64,000 bases of DNA from Bdellovibrio sp. (GCA_036677065.1 JAKFBS010000008.1:32001-96000); one strand, 5' to 3'. Shown: positions 37,446-48,014, counted from the stretch's first letter. Made by a program: numbers and translations. Notes: generated by a model not told the origin, from the sequence alone.

Positions 37446-38221
37446 ATTGATTCAACAACTTTTGCGGCAAGTTCTGCAAAAGTTTTTGCCTCTAAAGAAT
37501 CTGAATAACTTTCCATTAACGGAATTCCGGCTTCAGAACCTAAAGATATGCTTGGGTTAAAAGGCATCTCAATAAGCTTCGGAATTTTTTTCGCTGCTAA
37601 GAAAGAATCCATTTCACCTTTTGGAAATAGCTGCATTTTTTCGCCGTTAACTGGATTTAACATGTAAGACATGTTTTCAACCATACCTAAGATTTTAACT
37701 TGGGTGCGTTCGAACATGTCGATTGCTTTTTTCGCATCAATTAAGGCCACGTTTTGCGGTGTTGATACGATCACGGCAGCAGAGACCGGAATTTTTTGCA
37801 CCACTGATAATTGCACATCGCCTGTTCCTGGCGGCAGATCGATTACTAAGAAATCCAACTCGCCCCATTTTACATCGCGAAAGAATTGATCCATGGCTTT
37901 GAATAACATTGGTCCGCGCCAAACAATCGCAGCCCCTTCTTCAGCTAAGAAGCCGATGCTCATTAATTTAATTCCGTAACGTTCGATCGGGTTGATTTCG
38001 GTGCCGTTAGAAACTGTGGGTTTTTGGTTGATGGCTCCCATCATACGTGGGATCGATGGGCCGTAGATGTCGGCATCTAATAAACCAACAGAACCGTATT
38101 TACGTAAGGCTAAGGCCAGGTTTGTTGAAACGGTACTTTTGCCAACGCCGCCTTTTCCTGAGGCAACGACGATGATTTTTTTAACTCCGGGGATAGCCGC
38201 TTGGCGGTCGAATGGGTTCAT
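37442..38221 (-). CDS. mrp: Mrp/NBP35 (ApbC) Fe-S carrier ATPase
   Basis: SGKGGVGKST, DADIYGPS, WRGPM, DLPPGTGD; start probably 38221 (SD AAGGA). Confidence 0.93.
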   Translation of the reverse strand: MNPFDRQAAIPGVKKIIVVASGKGGVGKSTVSTNLALALRKYGSVGLLDADIYGPSIPRMMGAINQKPTVSNGTEINPIERYGIKLMSIGFLAEEGAAIVWRGPMLFKAMDQFFRDVKWGELDFLVIDLPPGTGDVQLSVVQKIPVSAAVIVSTPQNVALIDAKKAIDMFERTQVKILGMVENMSYMLNPVNGEKMQLFPKGEMDSFLAAKKIPKLIEMPFNPSISLGSEAGIPLMESYSDSLEAKTFAELAAKVVESI

Positions 38222-38290
38222 GACAGTCCTTGTATCGGGCATTGCCGAATTCTCGTTTACAACTAATAGAAGTAAATTAATAATAACAAA

Positions 38291-38713
38291 GTGATCAATA
38301 GCCAACTGCTTTTATTCTTAAACTTAGTATTCGGCGTACTTTTAGTGCTGTATTTTGTTTTAGGGCGTCCTAAGCCTAAACAGCCGACAAAGTTGAACAT
38401 GCGCGCCAAAGATTCTGGCGATAAAAAAACGCAAGTTTTAGAGCCCGAAAGCCCAAAGACTTTGGCAGTTCAACAAGCAGAACCGCGTGAAGTGGGTCGC
38501 TCTGGCGGGAGTCGCTCGCTATCGGTGATTTTTATGTATAACGGGCACGATTGGGAAGCCCATGATGTGTTGGGTGTGCCGCAAGGGGCATCGATGCATG
38601 AGATTACAAAAGTTTACCAAGAATTAGTGAAAAAAACCGACGCCCGTTCGTTACAATTTTACGAACAAGCGTACAATGCTATTTCGATTCGTCACCGGAA
38701 ACATCGGCTGTAG
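38291..38713 (+). CDS. membrane protein with degenerate J-domain-like C-terminus
   Basis: N-terminal TM; HDVLGV...AS..EI...Y..L without HPD. Confidence 0.6.
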   Translation: MINSQLLLFLNLVFGVLLVLYFVLGRPKPKQPTKLNMRAKDSGDKKTQVLEPESPKTLAVQQAEPREVGRSGGSRSLSVIFMYNGHDWEAHDVLGVPQGASMHEITKVYQELVKKTDARSLQFYEQAYNAISIRHRKHRL

Positions 38714-39356
38714 CTGTTTTAAGTTCAGCTTGTAGAAGTAAAACCTGCGCTTGTTCAAGCGAAGTCTCGGTTAATTTTAATGTGCTTTTTTTCTCGTCGT
38801 AATCTGTAGTTTCGTTTTCTAAAATTCCGGTTTGCATGCCGATTTCAGCTAAGATCATGAAATGATTTTGTGAAGGTAAACTTACTTTTGACCAAACAGC
38901 CTCTTCAGCGCGACCTGCTTTTAAAGCCATAAGTGATTCGTAGGTATAAAGCTTAGCCGTTGCTTCAGCGGCGACTTCAACTGTTTGTGATGCTGTTTCA
39001 ACTGTTGCTGAAACTGAAACGCTGGCGTGCTTATTGATTGTTGCAGGCATGTATTCAAGTACAACCACTTTGCCTTCCATTAACATATAGACAAGTCGGT
39101 TCTGTGTTAATAAGTTTTCAGCCTGTTCGCGTTTTTCAGAAGAATCTAATTTTGCGATGAGCATTTTTTTAAAAGAAATATTTTCTGGTGAATTTTGATG
39201 TTCTGTTTTTGTGATGTCAATTAAGCCATCAATCGCCACAACCTGACTTGCGATTTTTTTATTAGGCTTTGCCGGGCGCTCTTGTGCTTTGCCACAACCT
39301 GTGAAATTGATCACGGCCATTACTGCTAGAGTTGAAAAGATAATTAGGTTTTTCAT
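38679..39356 (-). CDS. hypothetical lipoprotein
   Basis: lipobox FTGC. Confidence 0.7.
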   Translation of the reverse strand: MKNLIIFSTLAVMAVINFTGCGKAQERPAKPNKKIASQVVAIDGLIDITKTEHQNSPENISFKKMLIAKLDSSEKREQAENLLTQNRLVYMLMEGKVVVLEYMPATINKHASVSVSATVETASQTVEVAAEATAKLYTYESLMALKAGRAEEAVWSKVSLPSQNHFMILAEIGMQTGILENETTDYDEKKSTLKLTETSLEQAQVLLLQAELKTATADVSGDESK

Positions 39357-39372
39357 GTTACACCTTCTTTAG

Positions 39373-40251
39373 TTAAAGCGATAAATCTATTCCAAGACCA
39401 ATTGTCGAAGTCTCTTTGTCGAAAGCTTTTAAGTTATTTTCATAAGTCGTATCTTTTAAAAGTGCCGCGCGGTTGTAGTGGTAAAGTGAGAATCCAACAG
39501 TGTCATTCACTTCATAAGCAATACTTTCTACTAATAAGAAGCCAGAACGCACCACATCTTCATAAGAATAAGCGCTGGTGAACTGAAACTTTGTGGCGAT
39601 CGAAATCGGATCAAAATTGTAGCCCGCTTTAAAGGTTTGTACGATTTTGTATTCAGTGGCCGGTTCGCCATTTACACGCGTTGTGTATTTGTTGGTGTAA
39701 TAACCGTAAGCGACCGAATAAGACATGCTTAGTTTTGGAATATCTAAGGCTTTGCTATCAAGACTGATTAACAGACCCACGTTATTTACTAATTCGATTT
39801 CACGATTTTCACGAGATTCTTTTGATAACGGAAGCTCAACAGATGTGTAGGGTGAAAATTTTAAAGCTGAAAATTTCCAACCATCGTATAAAAGTGAAAA
39901 TACGCCATCGGCAATGCCCGAACCTGTGCTTGGAGCGTTTAAATCATAGCCATAAAACAGGTCTGCACGAATTGAGAAATCCCAAAAAATAAATTTAGGA
40001 ACCACGGCTAAACCAAGACCGCGCGATCTAGCACCGTTTGAATTTTCTTCGGCACTTTGTTCGTAAGCTAAACTTATAGCTGTTGAAAATTTAAACGGAG
40101 ATTTTACCACGGCAGGGTCATCAACATCCGGGTACGATTTTGGTGCGGCCATTTGTTTTTTGCCTGTCGTCGCCGTGCGCGCAAAACTGATTTGCGCGGC
40201 AAAAATAACACCCAAAATTGCAACTAGAGATAAAATCAGATTCCGCTTCAT
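39373..40251 (-). CDS. putative outer-membrane beta-barrel protein
   Basis: signal peptide, amphipathic beta-strands, terminal IGLGIDLSL. Confidence 0.6.
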   Translation of the reverse strand: MKRNLILSLVAILGVIFAAQISFARTATTGKKQMAAPKSYPDVDDPAVVKSPFKFSTAISLAYEQSAEENSNGARSRGLGLAVVPKFIFWDFSIRADLFYGYDLNAPSTGSGIADGVFSLLYDGWKFSALKFSPYTSVELPLSKESRENREIELVNNVGLLISLDSKALDIPKLSMSYSVAYGYYTNKYTTRVNGEPATEYKIVQTFKAGYNFDPISIATKFQFTSAYSYEDVVRSGFLLVESIAYEVNDTVGFSLYHYNRAALLKDTTYENNLKAFDKETSTIGLGIDLSL

Positions 40252-40368
40252 GGGGTGGTGGCTCCTTATGCTTGAATCTAATTACAAATTTAAGACCTGG
40301 TTATGGCTATTTAACGACGTTTGACACACTGATAGCGTCAAACTTTTTTACAGCTTCCCAATTAAGGC

Positions 40369-41409
40369 TTAATTAGCCATTTTCAGGGTTTCTTGATTCT
40401 GAATTTTATTCTGCAATTCTTCACGGCGCAGCAGGTGAACGATCAGGTTGTCATAAGCGTGATGCATAACTTTTCTGTACATTCTGGTATTCAAATGAAA
40501 AGCATCGCGCAGAATAAATAACCAGTTAACCATGCTTTTTTTGCTGGTTTGAATGCAGACATTACCACCGGCACAACCTGGATCATTCATCGGTGAAATT
40601 TCTGCGGGAGTTGCCGTCAGTTTTGCGGCAAAGCCTTTTTCAGGTACACCGTGATAATACTGCGAAAGGCCAATGCTATGAATGAAGAAAATGTTTTTTC
40701 CGTTAACAAGTTTAGCCGCGTGTTCAGTAAATTGAACTAAAAGATTGTTCATGCGTTCTGGTGCGGGCTCATGCATGCGTTTATGGATTTTTCGATACAG
40801 AGGAAGCGTAAACTTGATCGTAAAATTTGGAAAATCATAACCCGCTAAAATAATTGTTAGATCAGGGCGAACTGCCAGATAGCTATCCATGATATTTTTC
40901 AGAGTTTTTGTTGTAGTTTCAAAAAGTTGCAGCTCTTGCTCAGGCGTAAAATCTTGGTTCCAGTTGCGCATCAGATCGTTTCCGCCAAGAGATAAATATA
41001 AGTATTTAATACGCGGAGTATTTTTTAAGTATCTAAGAGTTCGTTTATGAGATCTGGAAGCAGGCCATTCGGCAGCGGTTAATCCAGTTCTTGAAGTTCT
41101 CCAGCAGCGATTGTCTTCGACCAGTGGGGCTTTTTTATCACGGATCATTTTGCCCATGCTATTATAAACGCAGGTAAAAAAAGCCCAGCTATCGCCGGCA
41201 ATTAAAATTTTACTTTTTTTAGAATCTATTTCACTTTGGCTTTCAATATCAAAAGCGGCGTCATCAGAGTCATGAAGCTGATCAATTTGTTCAATAGCCG
41301 TAGCTTCAGAAAAGCTAATTTCTGAATTGGCAAAGGCTGCAGAGGCCATGCAGATGATAATAAAAGTCGATAGAACGTACTTCACGGATAAACTTGGTGC
41401 TATTTTCAA
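40369..41409 (-). CDS. secreted SGNH/GDSL hydrolase
   Basis: GDSWA, LGGND, DAFH. Confidence 0.8.
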   Translation of the reverse strand: MKIAPSLSVKYVLSTFIIICMASAAFANSEISFSEATAIEQIDQLHDSDDAAFDIESQSEIDSKKSKILIAGDSWAFFTCVYNSMGKMIRDKKAPLVEDNRCWRTSRTGLTAAEWPASRSHKRTLRYLKNTPRIKYLYLSLGGNDLMRNWNQDFTPEQELQLFETTTKTLKNIMDSYLAVRPDLTIILAGYDFPNFTIKFTLPLYRKIHKRMHEPAPERMNNLLVQFTEHAAKLVNGKNIFFIHSIGLSQYYHGVPEKGFAAKLTATPAEISPMNDPGCAGGNVCIQTSKKSMVNWLFILRDAFHLNTRMYRKVMHHAYDNLIVHLLRREELQNKIQNQETLKMAN

Positions 41410-41479
41410 ACCATGGTTAAAAGCTGGTTAAATTGCTTAAAAGCAAAATCGGTGTGTGTAAAGTAGACGAAGTGACAAT

Positions 41480-41854
41480 TTACTTTTGTTGAGCTTTGAA
41501 ATCTTTGAGCTGAGTGTTCATCGTTTTTAATCTTGAAGAGAAAGATTCAAGCATTGACGAAGCCCATAATGGAAGATCATTTAACATGATGTTGTAACCT
41601 TCTTCAGAAATTTTCATTAATTTACAATCTGTAGCTGCTTGCGCGCTGGCTGTACGGGCCCCTTTATCAATCAATGCAAATTCTCCGAATGTTTCACCAG
41701 GGTTCAGGGTTGCAAGTTCAACTTTTTGCCCAGTTTTATTTTTTGAAAAAATTTTTACGGTGCCTGATTCGATAATATAGAAATGAGCTTCAATATCGCC
41801 TTCAAAAAAAATAAAATCGCCGGCTTTAAAAGATTCTTTAGTAATTGAACTCAT
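41480..41854 (-). CDS. cyclic-nucleotide-binding domain protein
   Basis: GETFGEFAL....RTASA. Confidence 0.9.
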   Translation of the reverse strand: MSSITKESFKAGDFIFFEGDIEAHFYIIESGTVKIFSKNKTGQKVELATLNPGETFGEFALIDKGARTASAQAATDCKLMKISEEGYNIMLNDLPLWASSMLESFSSRLKTMNTQLKDFKAQQK

Positions 41855-42029
41855 GATGGACCTCTTCGAGATGTTGATGGCTTTTATAATATAACTAAAC
41901 TTGATTTTGGTAAATCATATTGTCAGCCAGCCTTTGGTCAAGGGGCAGCCAATCAATGCGTTGCGAGCTAGCAGTCTCGAGACTGTTTTATCCTTCGTTT
42001 ACCTCTGTAAAAAGGGTACCATATCACCT

Positions 42030-44486
42030 ATGGTGTTATTCAGCTTGTTCAAGTTTTTATTTTCGTTAGCTTTTGCATTTTCTAGTAAGCCAAATTCGCA
42101 TTTTCTTGAAGGCAAAAATACTGACACGCCAAAAACAATTTCTACAATTAAAACTGATATCTCAGCAGTCCATTTGAATACAGAGCAAATTAGTTCTTTG
42201 AAGGGTGATAAATCTTATCAAGAGTTTTTAAAAGAAAATCAGCCGTTAGTAGACGCATTTTCTGAATTCACGAAAAAAAGTCAGAACGTAAATAACGCTA
42301 TTGAAAAAATCAAAAAATGGAATCCGCCGCAGGCCATCTTAAATAATTATAAAGATTATTTCTTATCTACATGGTCAGGAAATTATGATGATGTGTATAA
42401 ACACTATCTGGCCCTCAAAAAAGAGAAAAAATTTATTCGCATTCGTTTAGAATTAATTGTGTTCTTAATTAATTCTCCGGTTGAGCAATTAAAATTTGCC
42501 AATGCAGTGCCATTTATTAAAACCGAATCACGTGCGATCTTGCGCCAACTGCGCGGTTCATCTGAGGGCGAAGTTTTTGAAGAAGAGTATTTAAAATGGC
42601 TACAAAGAAATAAATACTTTGATGAAATCTGCTACACTGAGCGCGATCGTTGGATCGCAGAACCTGGAATTGATTTCGTTGAATTAACTACGGCGACAGA
42701 AAAATGCCCTGTAGCTTTAGATGATTTTTTAACCCGCATGCGCAGACTTTTGTTTGCCGCTAAAGAATTTCAGGCCTTACGTGAAATTGAATTGTTTTCA
42801 GCTTATGCCAAGTTACAAAACTGGGAGCGCACTTATGTTCGCGCAGTTTATGATTCAAATCAGGGCGATCCGGTAACTGCTTTTAAAAATTTAGCAAAAT
42901 ACGAAAAAGAGCTTATGGAGACTGATTATAAAGATAATTATTTCTTTATTGCTCAGCGTGCCGGCGAATTAGAAAAAGCTGAGCAGATCATCGCTAAAAT
43001 TTTAACAAAAACAAAAAGTCGTAAAGAATTTGAAGAAATGAAATTTCAGCAGGGCTTTTTATTGTACCAAATTAAAAAATACACCCAAGCCCATGCGATC
43101 TTTGATGAGTTATACAAAGCTCATCCCTATAAGAAAAAGAAAAGACGCGGACGTCCTTCGCGTGATTTTGATCAAATTGCCTGGCTGCGGGGATGGACTT
43201 TATATCTTGATGGCCAATACAAAAAAGCTTTAGGTGCCTTTGAAGACACCGTGCCATTTGCCATTGATGAAGCGCGATTAGCCTACTGGGTGGCTGATAC
43301 AAGACTTAAATTAGGCAGCGAAAGTTCAGCGATCGCGGGCTTTAGAACTTTGTCTGCGCCGGTGTTGGCACAGAAATCATTTTCTTATTATAATTTATTG
43401 GCCTGGCTTCGTTACGAAAATATGAAAAAAGAATTTCAAGATAACGGTGTTTTAAAAAGCATCGCGCTTGTTGCAAAAATGAACAAAGGCCCGTTTCCGG
43501 TAGCTTCTGAAACACAAAGCTATTCGCAAATTATGGAGTCATACAGCTTTTTTGATCAAACATCTTATGAAACCGATGAAGGCGAAGTTCAATTAGCCAA
43601 TTCTGAAAACGAAGTTATTCAAAACACAGATACCGCGGGTATTGAAGTATCTTCTGAAAAAGATTTGACAGCCCAAATTAACTGGTCAAAATTTTTAATT
43701 CTGCAAAATGAACCAGATTTAGCCCGCTGGCATTTATATGAAATCGAAAAAAAGATTAATACGCGTAAAAAAGCCGAAGTCTTGGCGCAATTTTACCTGT
43801 CCCAAGAATTTTATTACCGGGCGCTATCGTTAATGGATCGGTTCTCGCAATCTGATAAAACTTCGTTACAAATTAAAGCAGATCCCGTGATGTGGGGTTC
43901 ACTTTATCCAGAGGCCTACAAAACAAAAGTATTTCAGTACGCCGAAAAAAGAAAAATCGACCCGTATTTGATTTTATCGATTATGCGAGCTGAAACACGC
44001 TACAAATCTGATGCTATTTCACCGGTGGGTGCCGTGGGATTAATGCAGTTTATGCCGTATTCGGCACAAAAAGTGGCTGATATCACCGATCAAAAAATTC
44101 AAACCGAGCAATTATTTTCTCCTGAAAAATCAATCGAGTTTGGTGCGGCTTATTTAAAAAAATTATCATTAGAGCTGGATAACCAGAAACCGCTGGTTGC
44201 AGCTGCCTACAACGGTGGCCCGCACAGAGTAAAAGCGTGGATGCGAAATCTGGGGCAGTTAGAATTTGATAAATTCATCGAACATATCCCATTTGTCGAA
44301 ACAAGAACCTACGTTAAGCGCGTTCTGACTTACCGTGCGACTTACGATAAACTGTATAACAAATCGATCGAGCTGGATAAATACACGTATTTATTAAATC
44401 CAATCCCGATGAAATTAAAAGAGCCGATTTCACTAAAAGAAGAATGGGAACCATTCCGCTCTGAATTTCGCCAAATGCAAAACTAG
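42030..44486 (+). CDS. slt: Slt70-like soluble lytic transglycosylase with TPR-like N-terminus
   Basis: IMRAET, SPVGAVGLMQFMP, AAYNGGP, IPFVETRTYV; start probably 42030. Confidence 0.88.
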   Translation: MVLFSLFKFLFSLAFAFSSKPNSHFLEGKNTDTPKTISTIKTDISAVHLNTEQISSLKGDKSYQEFLKENQPLVDAFSEFTKKSQNVNNAIEKIKKWNPPQAILNNYKDYFLSTWSGNYDDVYKHYLALKKEKKFIRIRLELIVFLINSPVEQLKFANAVPFIKTESRAILRQLRGSSEGEVFEEEYLKWLQRNKYFDEICYTERDRWIAEPGIDFVELTTATEKCPVALDDFLTRMRRLLFAAKEFQALREIELFSAYAKLQNWERTYVRAVYDSNQGDPVTAFKNLAKYEKELMETDYKDNYFFIAQRAGELEKAEQIIAKILTKTKSRKEFEEMKFQQGFLLYQIKKYTQAHAIFDELYKAHPYKKKKRRGRPSRDFDQIAWLRGWTLYLDGQYKKALGAFEDTVPFAIDEARLAYWVADTRLKLGSESSAIAGFRTLSAPVLAQKSFSYYNLLAWLRYENMKKEFQDNGVLKSIALVAKMNKGPFPVASETQSYSQIMESYSFFDQTSYETDEGEVQLANSENEVIQNTDTAGIEVSSEKDLTAQINWSKFLILQNEPDLARWHLYEIEKKINTRKKAEVLAQFYLSQEFYYRALSLMDRFSQSDKTSLQIKADPVMWGSLYPEAYKTKVFQYAEKRKIDPYLILSIMRAETRYKSDAISPVGAVGLMQFMPYSAQKVADITDQKIQTEQLFSPEKSIEFGAAYLKKLSLELDNQKPLVAAAYNGGPHRVKAWMRNLGQLEFDKFIEHIPFVETRTYVKRVLTYRATYDKLYNKSIELDKYTYLLNPIPMKLKEPISLKEEWEPFRSEFRQMQN

Positions 44487-44533
44487 GAGTTTCTTGTGCT
44501 CTATAGGTGCATTTTTAAGTGCCTATTAAAAGA

Positions 44534-44590
44534 CGCTCAGGGTTTCAGTTAACATTGTTGACTGAAACCCTGAGCGCCGGAAAATAAGCA
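44534..44590. repeat. REP-like extragenic palindrome; partial second copy at 35144-35191
   Basis: perfect 16-bp IR CGCTCAGGGTTTCAGT/ACTGAAACCCTGAGCG; 44565-44590 matches 35166-35191 at 24/26. Confidence 0.7.
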
Positions 44591-44645
44591 TAATTCTAAC
44601 TTTTCGCTTCTCATGAATGAAGAACGCGTTGTAACCTAAAGCCTG

Positions 44646-45251
44646 ATGAGTTTAAGTTTTAAACGACTTCTTTTTGCGGCATTGCTAACTACAGCGGTAT
44701 TCGCCGGATCATCATTAGCGTTCGCGCAGCAGAATAAAGATAAATACTCAGTGACTGTTGATGGAGCTGCTCTAGCGCAGCAGGGATTTGGTTTAAAGGT
44801 TGATTACGCCTTTAATGAGAACATCACGACAGGGGTATTCGGAAAGCAGTATAAATCCGACTCTGAAGGGTTTATTATTCGCAGTAAAGACCCGAACAAG
44901 TATGAATTTGCAGAGGTCGGAATGTCGATCACATATTATTTCAATTCAGTTTTTGCGAGCGGTCTTTACACGTCTTTGGGGTATGCAGCAGGTGTAAATA
45001 ATATTACTTACAACGATCCAGTTTACGGGGTTTCTTCAGATGAAGATTCTGACACTGGTGTGCAAATTAAAGTGGGTTATCAGTTTACCGGAGAACTAAA
45101 TAAGAATCACACTTCGCTCTTTCAATTTGGTTTTGGTTACGGGGCAGCCGGCGAGGGTCATTGGGCCAATGAACAAGCTCTTATTCAACAGGTCGAAACT
45201 CAATTAGACCCTGGAATGCTTCTGGATTTTAATTTAGGAATGACATTCTAG
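44646..45251 (+). CDS. small outer-membrane beta-barrel protein
   Basis: signal peptide, C-terminal FNLGMTF. Confidence 0.65.
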   Translation: MSLSFKRLLFAALLTTAVFAGSSLAFAQQNKDKYSVTVDGAALAQQGFGLKVDYAFNENITTGVFGKQYKSDSEGFIIRSKDPNKYEFAEVGMSITYYFNSVFASGLYTSLGYAAGVNNITYNDPVYGVSSDEDSDTGVQIKVGYQFTGELNKNHTSLFQFGFGYGAAGEGHWANEQALIQQVETQLDPGMLLDFNLGMTF

Positions 45252-45348
45252 ATCAGGCTCATAATTACAGTCACTTTGTCAAAAAAGTCGACAAACTGAT
45301 GTTTTGTAGTCGTTTTTAGGTTGGCATGCAGTTGCATCATCCCTGCGT

Positions 45349-46062
45349 ATGAAAAGCTTTGCGGTTTTAGTTCTACTTGTATTCTTGCAGTCGTTGCCAG
45401 CTTTGGCCGGCCAAACCTCGTGCGAAGCCAGCAAGAAGAATCTTCTATCTGATGATCTTTTAAAAAAGCTTACGGTTAAAGTTTGCCCACCTGAAAATAC
45501 TTCAGATCCTGATGTCTATATGGAATACGACAGAGCCTATGAATCATCGACGGCCAGCGAATTTCTGGTTTATCAATACACCGACAAATGCTTTGATAAA
45601 ATTAATCGCGAATTATTTAAAACTACAGAGCAAAATCCCGATGTTTTGCAATTAGCCGAGCAATTAGACGCAGTTCTTTGTGATTACCCAATCAGTGAAA
45701 AAGAAGTTTTTCGCGGAGCCAATTTGCCTGAAGCTGTCGCTGAGAAATATCACGCTTCAGAAGAAGTTAGCTTTCCGGCTTTTTCGAGCACGTCGATGGC
45801 ATTCAATGTGGGGTGTGAATTTGCAAAAAAAGGAAATACCTTATTTAAAATCGTTTCGAAATCAGGGCGTGTTGTTGAAAATCAATCTAAACACGATCAA
45901 GAGGCTGAAGTTTTATTTCGCATGAATGCGCACTTTAAAGTAAAAGTCGCGGCATCAGGCTTTCAGGCAACAACCATGTCAGGTTGTAAAGGCATCAGTA
46001 ATTATTTTGAATTAGAAGAAATTTACACCGACGAGATGAAGCCGTTCGTATGGCCATATTAA
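45349..46062 (+). CDS. secreted ADP-ribosyltransferase (R-S-E clade)
   Basis: signal peptide; VFRG, FSSTS, QEAEVLF. Confidence 0.85.
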   Translation: MKSFAVLVLLVFLQSLPALAGQTSCEASKKNLLSDDLLKKLTVKVCPPENTSDPDVYMEYDRAYESSTASEFLVYQYTDKCFDKINRELFKTTEQNPDVLQLAEQLDAVLCDYPISEKEVFRGANLPEAVAEKYHASEEVSFPAFSSTSMAFNVGCEFAKKGNTLFKIVSKSGRVVENQSKHDQEAEVLFRMNAHFKVKVAASGFQATTMSGCKGISNYFELEEIYTDEMKPFVWPY

Positions 46063-46118
46063 AGGTAGGCCGTTCCTTTTTGGGGAGCGGCGTGACATGA
46101 AATAGGACCTGGCACCAA

Positions 46119-47219
46119 TTAAACGTTAAACTTGAAGAAAAGAATGTCGCCGTCTTTGACGATGTACTCTTTGCCTTCAGAGCGGTATTTGCCGGCTTCT
46201 TTAACCGCTGCTTCAGATTTTAAATTAAATAAATCTTCGCAGTGGTAGGCTTCGGCACGGATGAAACCTTTTTCGAAATCAGTATGGATTACACCGGCAG
46301 CTTGTGGGGCTTTGAAACCAGTTTTAATGGTCCAAGCACGCACTTCTTTTTCACCAGCTGTAAAGTATGTGGCTAATCCTAATAAAGCATAAGCTTCGCG
46401 GATTAGACGGTTTAAGCCTGGCTCTGTAGCGCCTAATGAATCTAAGAAATCTTTGCGCTCTTCAGGAGGTAACTGAGAAATCTCGGCTTCCATCGCAGAA
46501 CAGATCATAATTGTTTTATTGTTTTCTTCAGCGGCGCGTTTTTCAACTGCGCGTACCCAGTCATTACCACCGGCAGCGAAATCTGTATCAGATACGTTAC
46601 AAGCATAAAGAACTGGTTTAGAAGTTAATAAGTGCATCTCGCGAGCGTAAGGGGCTTCAAGATCATTCAACACAACTGAACGAGCAGGTTTACCTTGCGC
46701 TAAAGCTGCATGAAGACGTTGTGTCACATCAAGATCCATTTTTACTTTTGGATCTGAAGATGTTTTTGCCATCTTTTCGACTTTTTTTAATTTTTTATCA
46801 GCGTTATCAAAGTCAGCTAACATTAATTCAGTGTTGATCACATCAACGTCGCGAAGTGGATCTACTGAACCAGATACGTGAATAACATTTGGATCATCAA
46901 AACAACGAACCACGTGAACGATAGCATCAGTTTGTTTGATGTGACCTAAGAATTGATTTCCTAAACCTTCACCTTGGCTTGCGCCTTTTACGATACCGGC
47001 GATATCAACGAATTCCATTGTTGTTGGAATTATGCTTTGTGGTTTTACGAAAGCCGTAATTTGATCAAGACGAGAATCTGGAACGATCACGATACCCACG
47101 TTTGGATCGATTGTGCAAAACGGGTAGTTCGCAGCCTCGGCTTTTGCAGAAGTTAAAGCATTAAATAATGTAGATTTACCTACGTTTGGAAGACCTACGA
47201 TACCAACTTGTAAAGCCAT
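46119..47219 (-). CDS. ychF: redox-regulated ATPase YchF
   Basis: GIVGLPNVGKSTLFN, NYPFCTIDPN, DIAG, TGS-like C-terminus. Confidence 0.98.
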   Translation of the reverse strand: MALQVGIVGLPNVGKSTLFNALTSAKAEAANYPFCTIDPNVGIVIVPDSRLDQITAFVKPQSIIPTTMEFVDIAGIVKGASQGEGLGNQFLGHIKQTDAIVHVVRCFDDPNVIHVSGSVDPLRDVDVINTELMLADFDNADKKLKKVEKMAKTSSDPKVKMDLDVTQRLHAALAQGKPARSVVLNDLEAPYAREMHLLTSKPVLYACNVSDTDFAAGGNDWVRAVEKRAAEENNKTIMICSAMEAEISQLPPEERKDFLDSLGATEPGLNRLIREAYALLGLATYFTAGEKEVRAWTIKTGFKAPQAAGVIHTDFEKGFIRAEAYHCEDLFNLKSEAAVKEAGKYRSEGKEYIVKDGDILFFKFNV

Positions 47220-47265
47220 GACTTGTTCCTTTGCGTGTCTTCGACACGACTTCTACTCAGAAAAA

Positions 47266-47847
47266 CTAAGGCTCGAGCTTAACAGGTCCGTTGAACTTTG
47301 TTGAGGCTTTATTTATGCCTTCTAATATAAAGGATTCGATGGCATCTGATGCAGTCTCTAAAACCTTATCTAGGTTTGTTTGCTCTTCTTTTGAGAAGTT
47401 TCCTAAGACGTAGTCAGCTAGCGCGAAATCAGGATGAGATGGGCGCCCCACGCCTAAACGAAGGCGAGCATATTCTTGAGTACCTAAGAGCTGGGTAATG
47501 CTTTTTACGCCGTTCTGGCCGCCAGCGCTGCGGTTAAATTGCATTTTAATTGTTCCAAATGCGAAATCCACTTCGTCGTGAACTACAAGTAAGTTAGCGC
47601 GATCAATTTTATAGAAATTCATTAACGCTACAACTGATTCGCCAGACAAATTCATAAACGTCTGAGGTTTGGCTAAGAGAACCTCTTTACCTTCGATTTT
47701 GAATTTTTTGGTCATCGCTTTGTGCTCGTCGCGCCAGTCAGCGCCACCTAAAGATTTTAACCAGTAGTCAGCGGCCATGAACCCAATATTATGACGGGTC
47801 ATTGCGTATTTAGAACCTGGATTTCCTAAGCCTGCGATTAAGTACAT
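47266..47847 (-). CDS. pth: peptidyl-tRNA hydrolase
   Basis: GLGNPG..Y..TRHNIGF, KPQTFMNLSG. Confidence 0.97.
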   Translation of the reverse strand: MYLIAGLGNPGSKYAMTRHNIGFMAADYWLKSLGGADWRDEHKAMTKKFKIEGKEVLLAKPQTFMNLSGESVVALMNFYKIDRANLLVVHDEVDFAFGTIKMQFNRSAGGQNGVKSITQLLGTQEYARLRLGVGRPSHPDFALADYVLGNFSKEEQTNLDKVLETASDAIESFILEGINKASTKFNGPVKLEP

Positions 47848-48014
47848 ATTCTAAATGTAACTTAAGCAGCTTTATATTAGCAATAGCTGCCGCAGCGATC
47901 GTCCAAAATGTAGACGAAACTAGCATTTTTTCACGACTCGCAATCAACACAACAAATTTTAATTTTTGCTGCTATAAATCCATCCATACAAATAAAAAAC
48001 TAACAGGAGAATTT

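Noticed and set aside
45322..45335. sigma54 promoter before the ART gene (TGGCATGCAGTTGC)
   Set aside because: GG-N9-GC spacing; N10 is required
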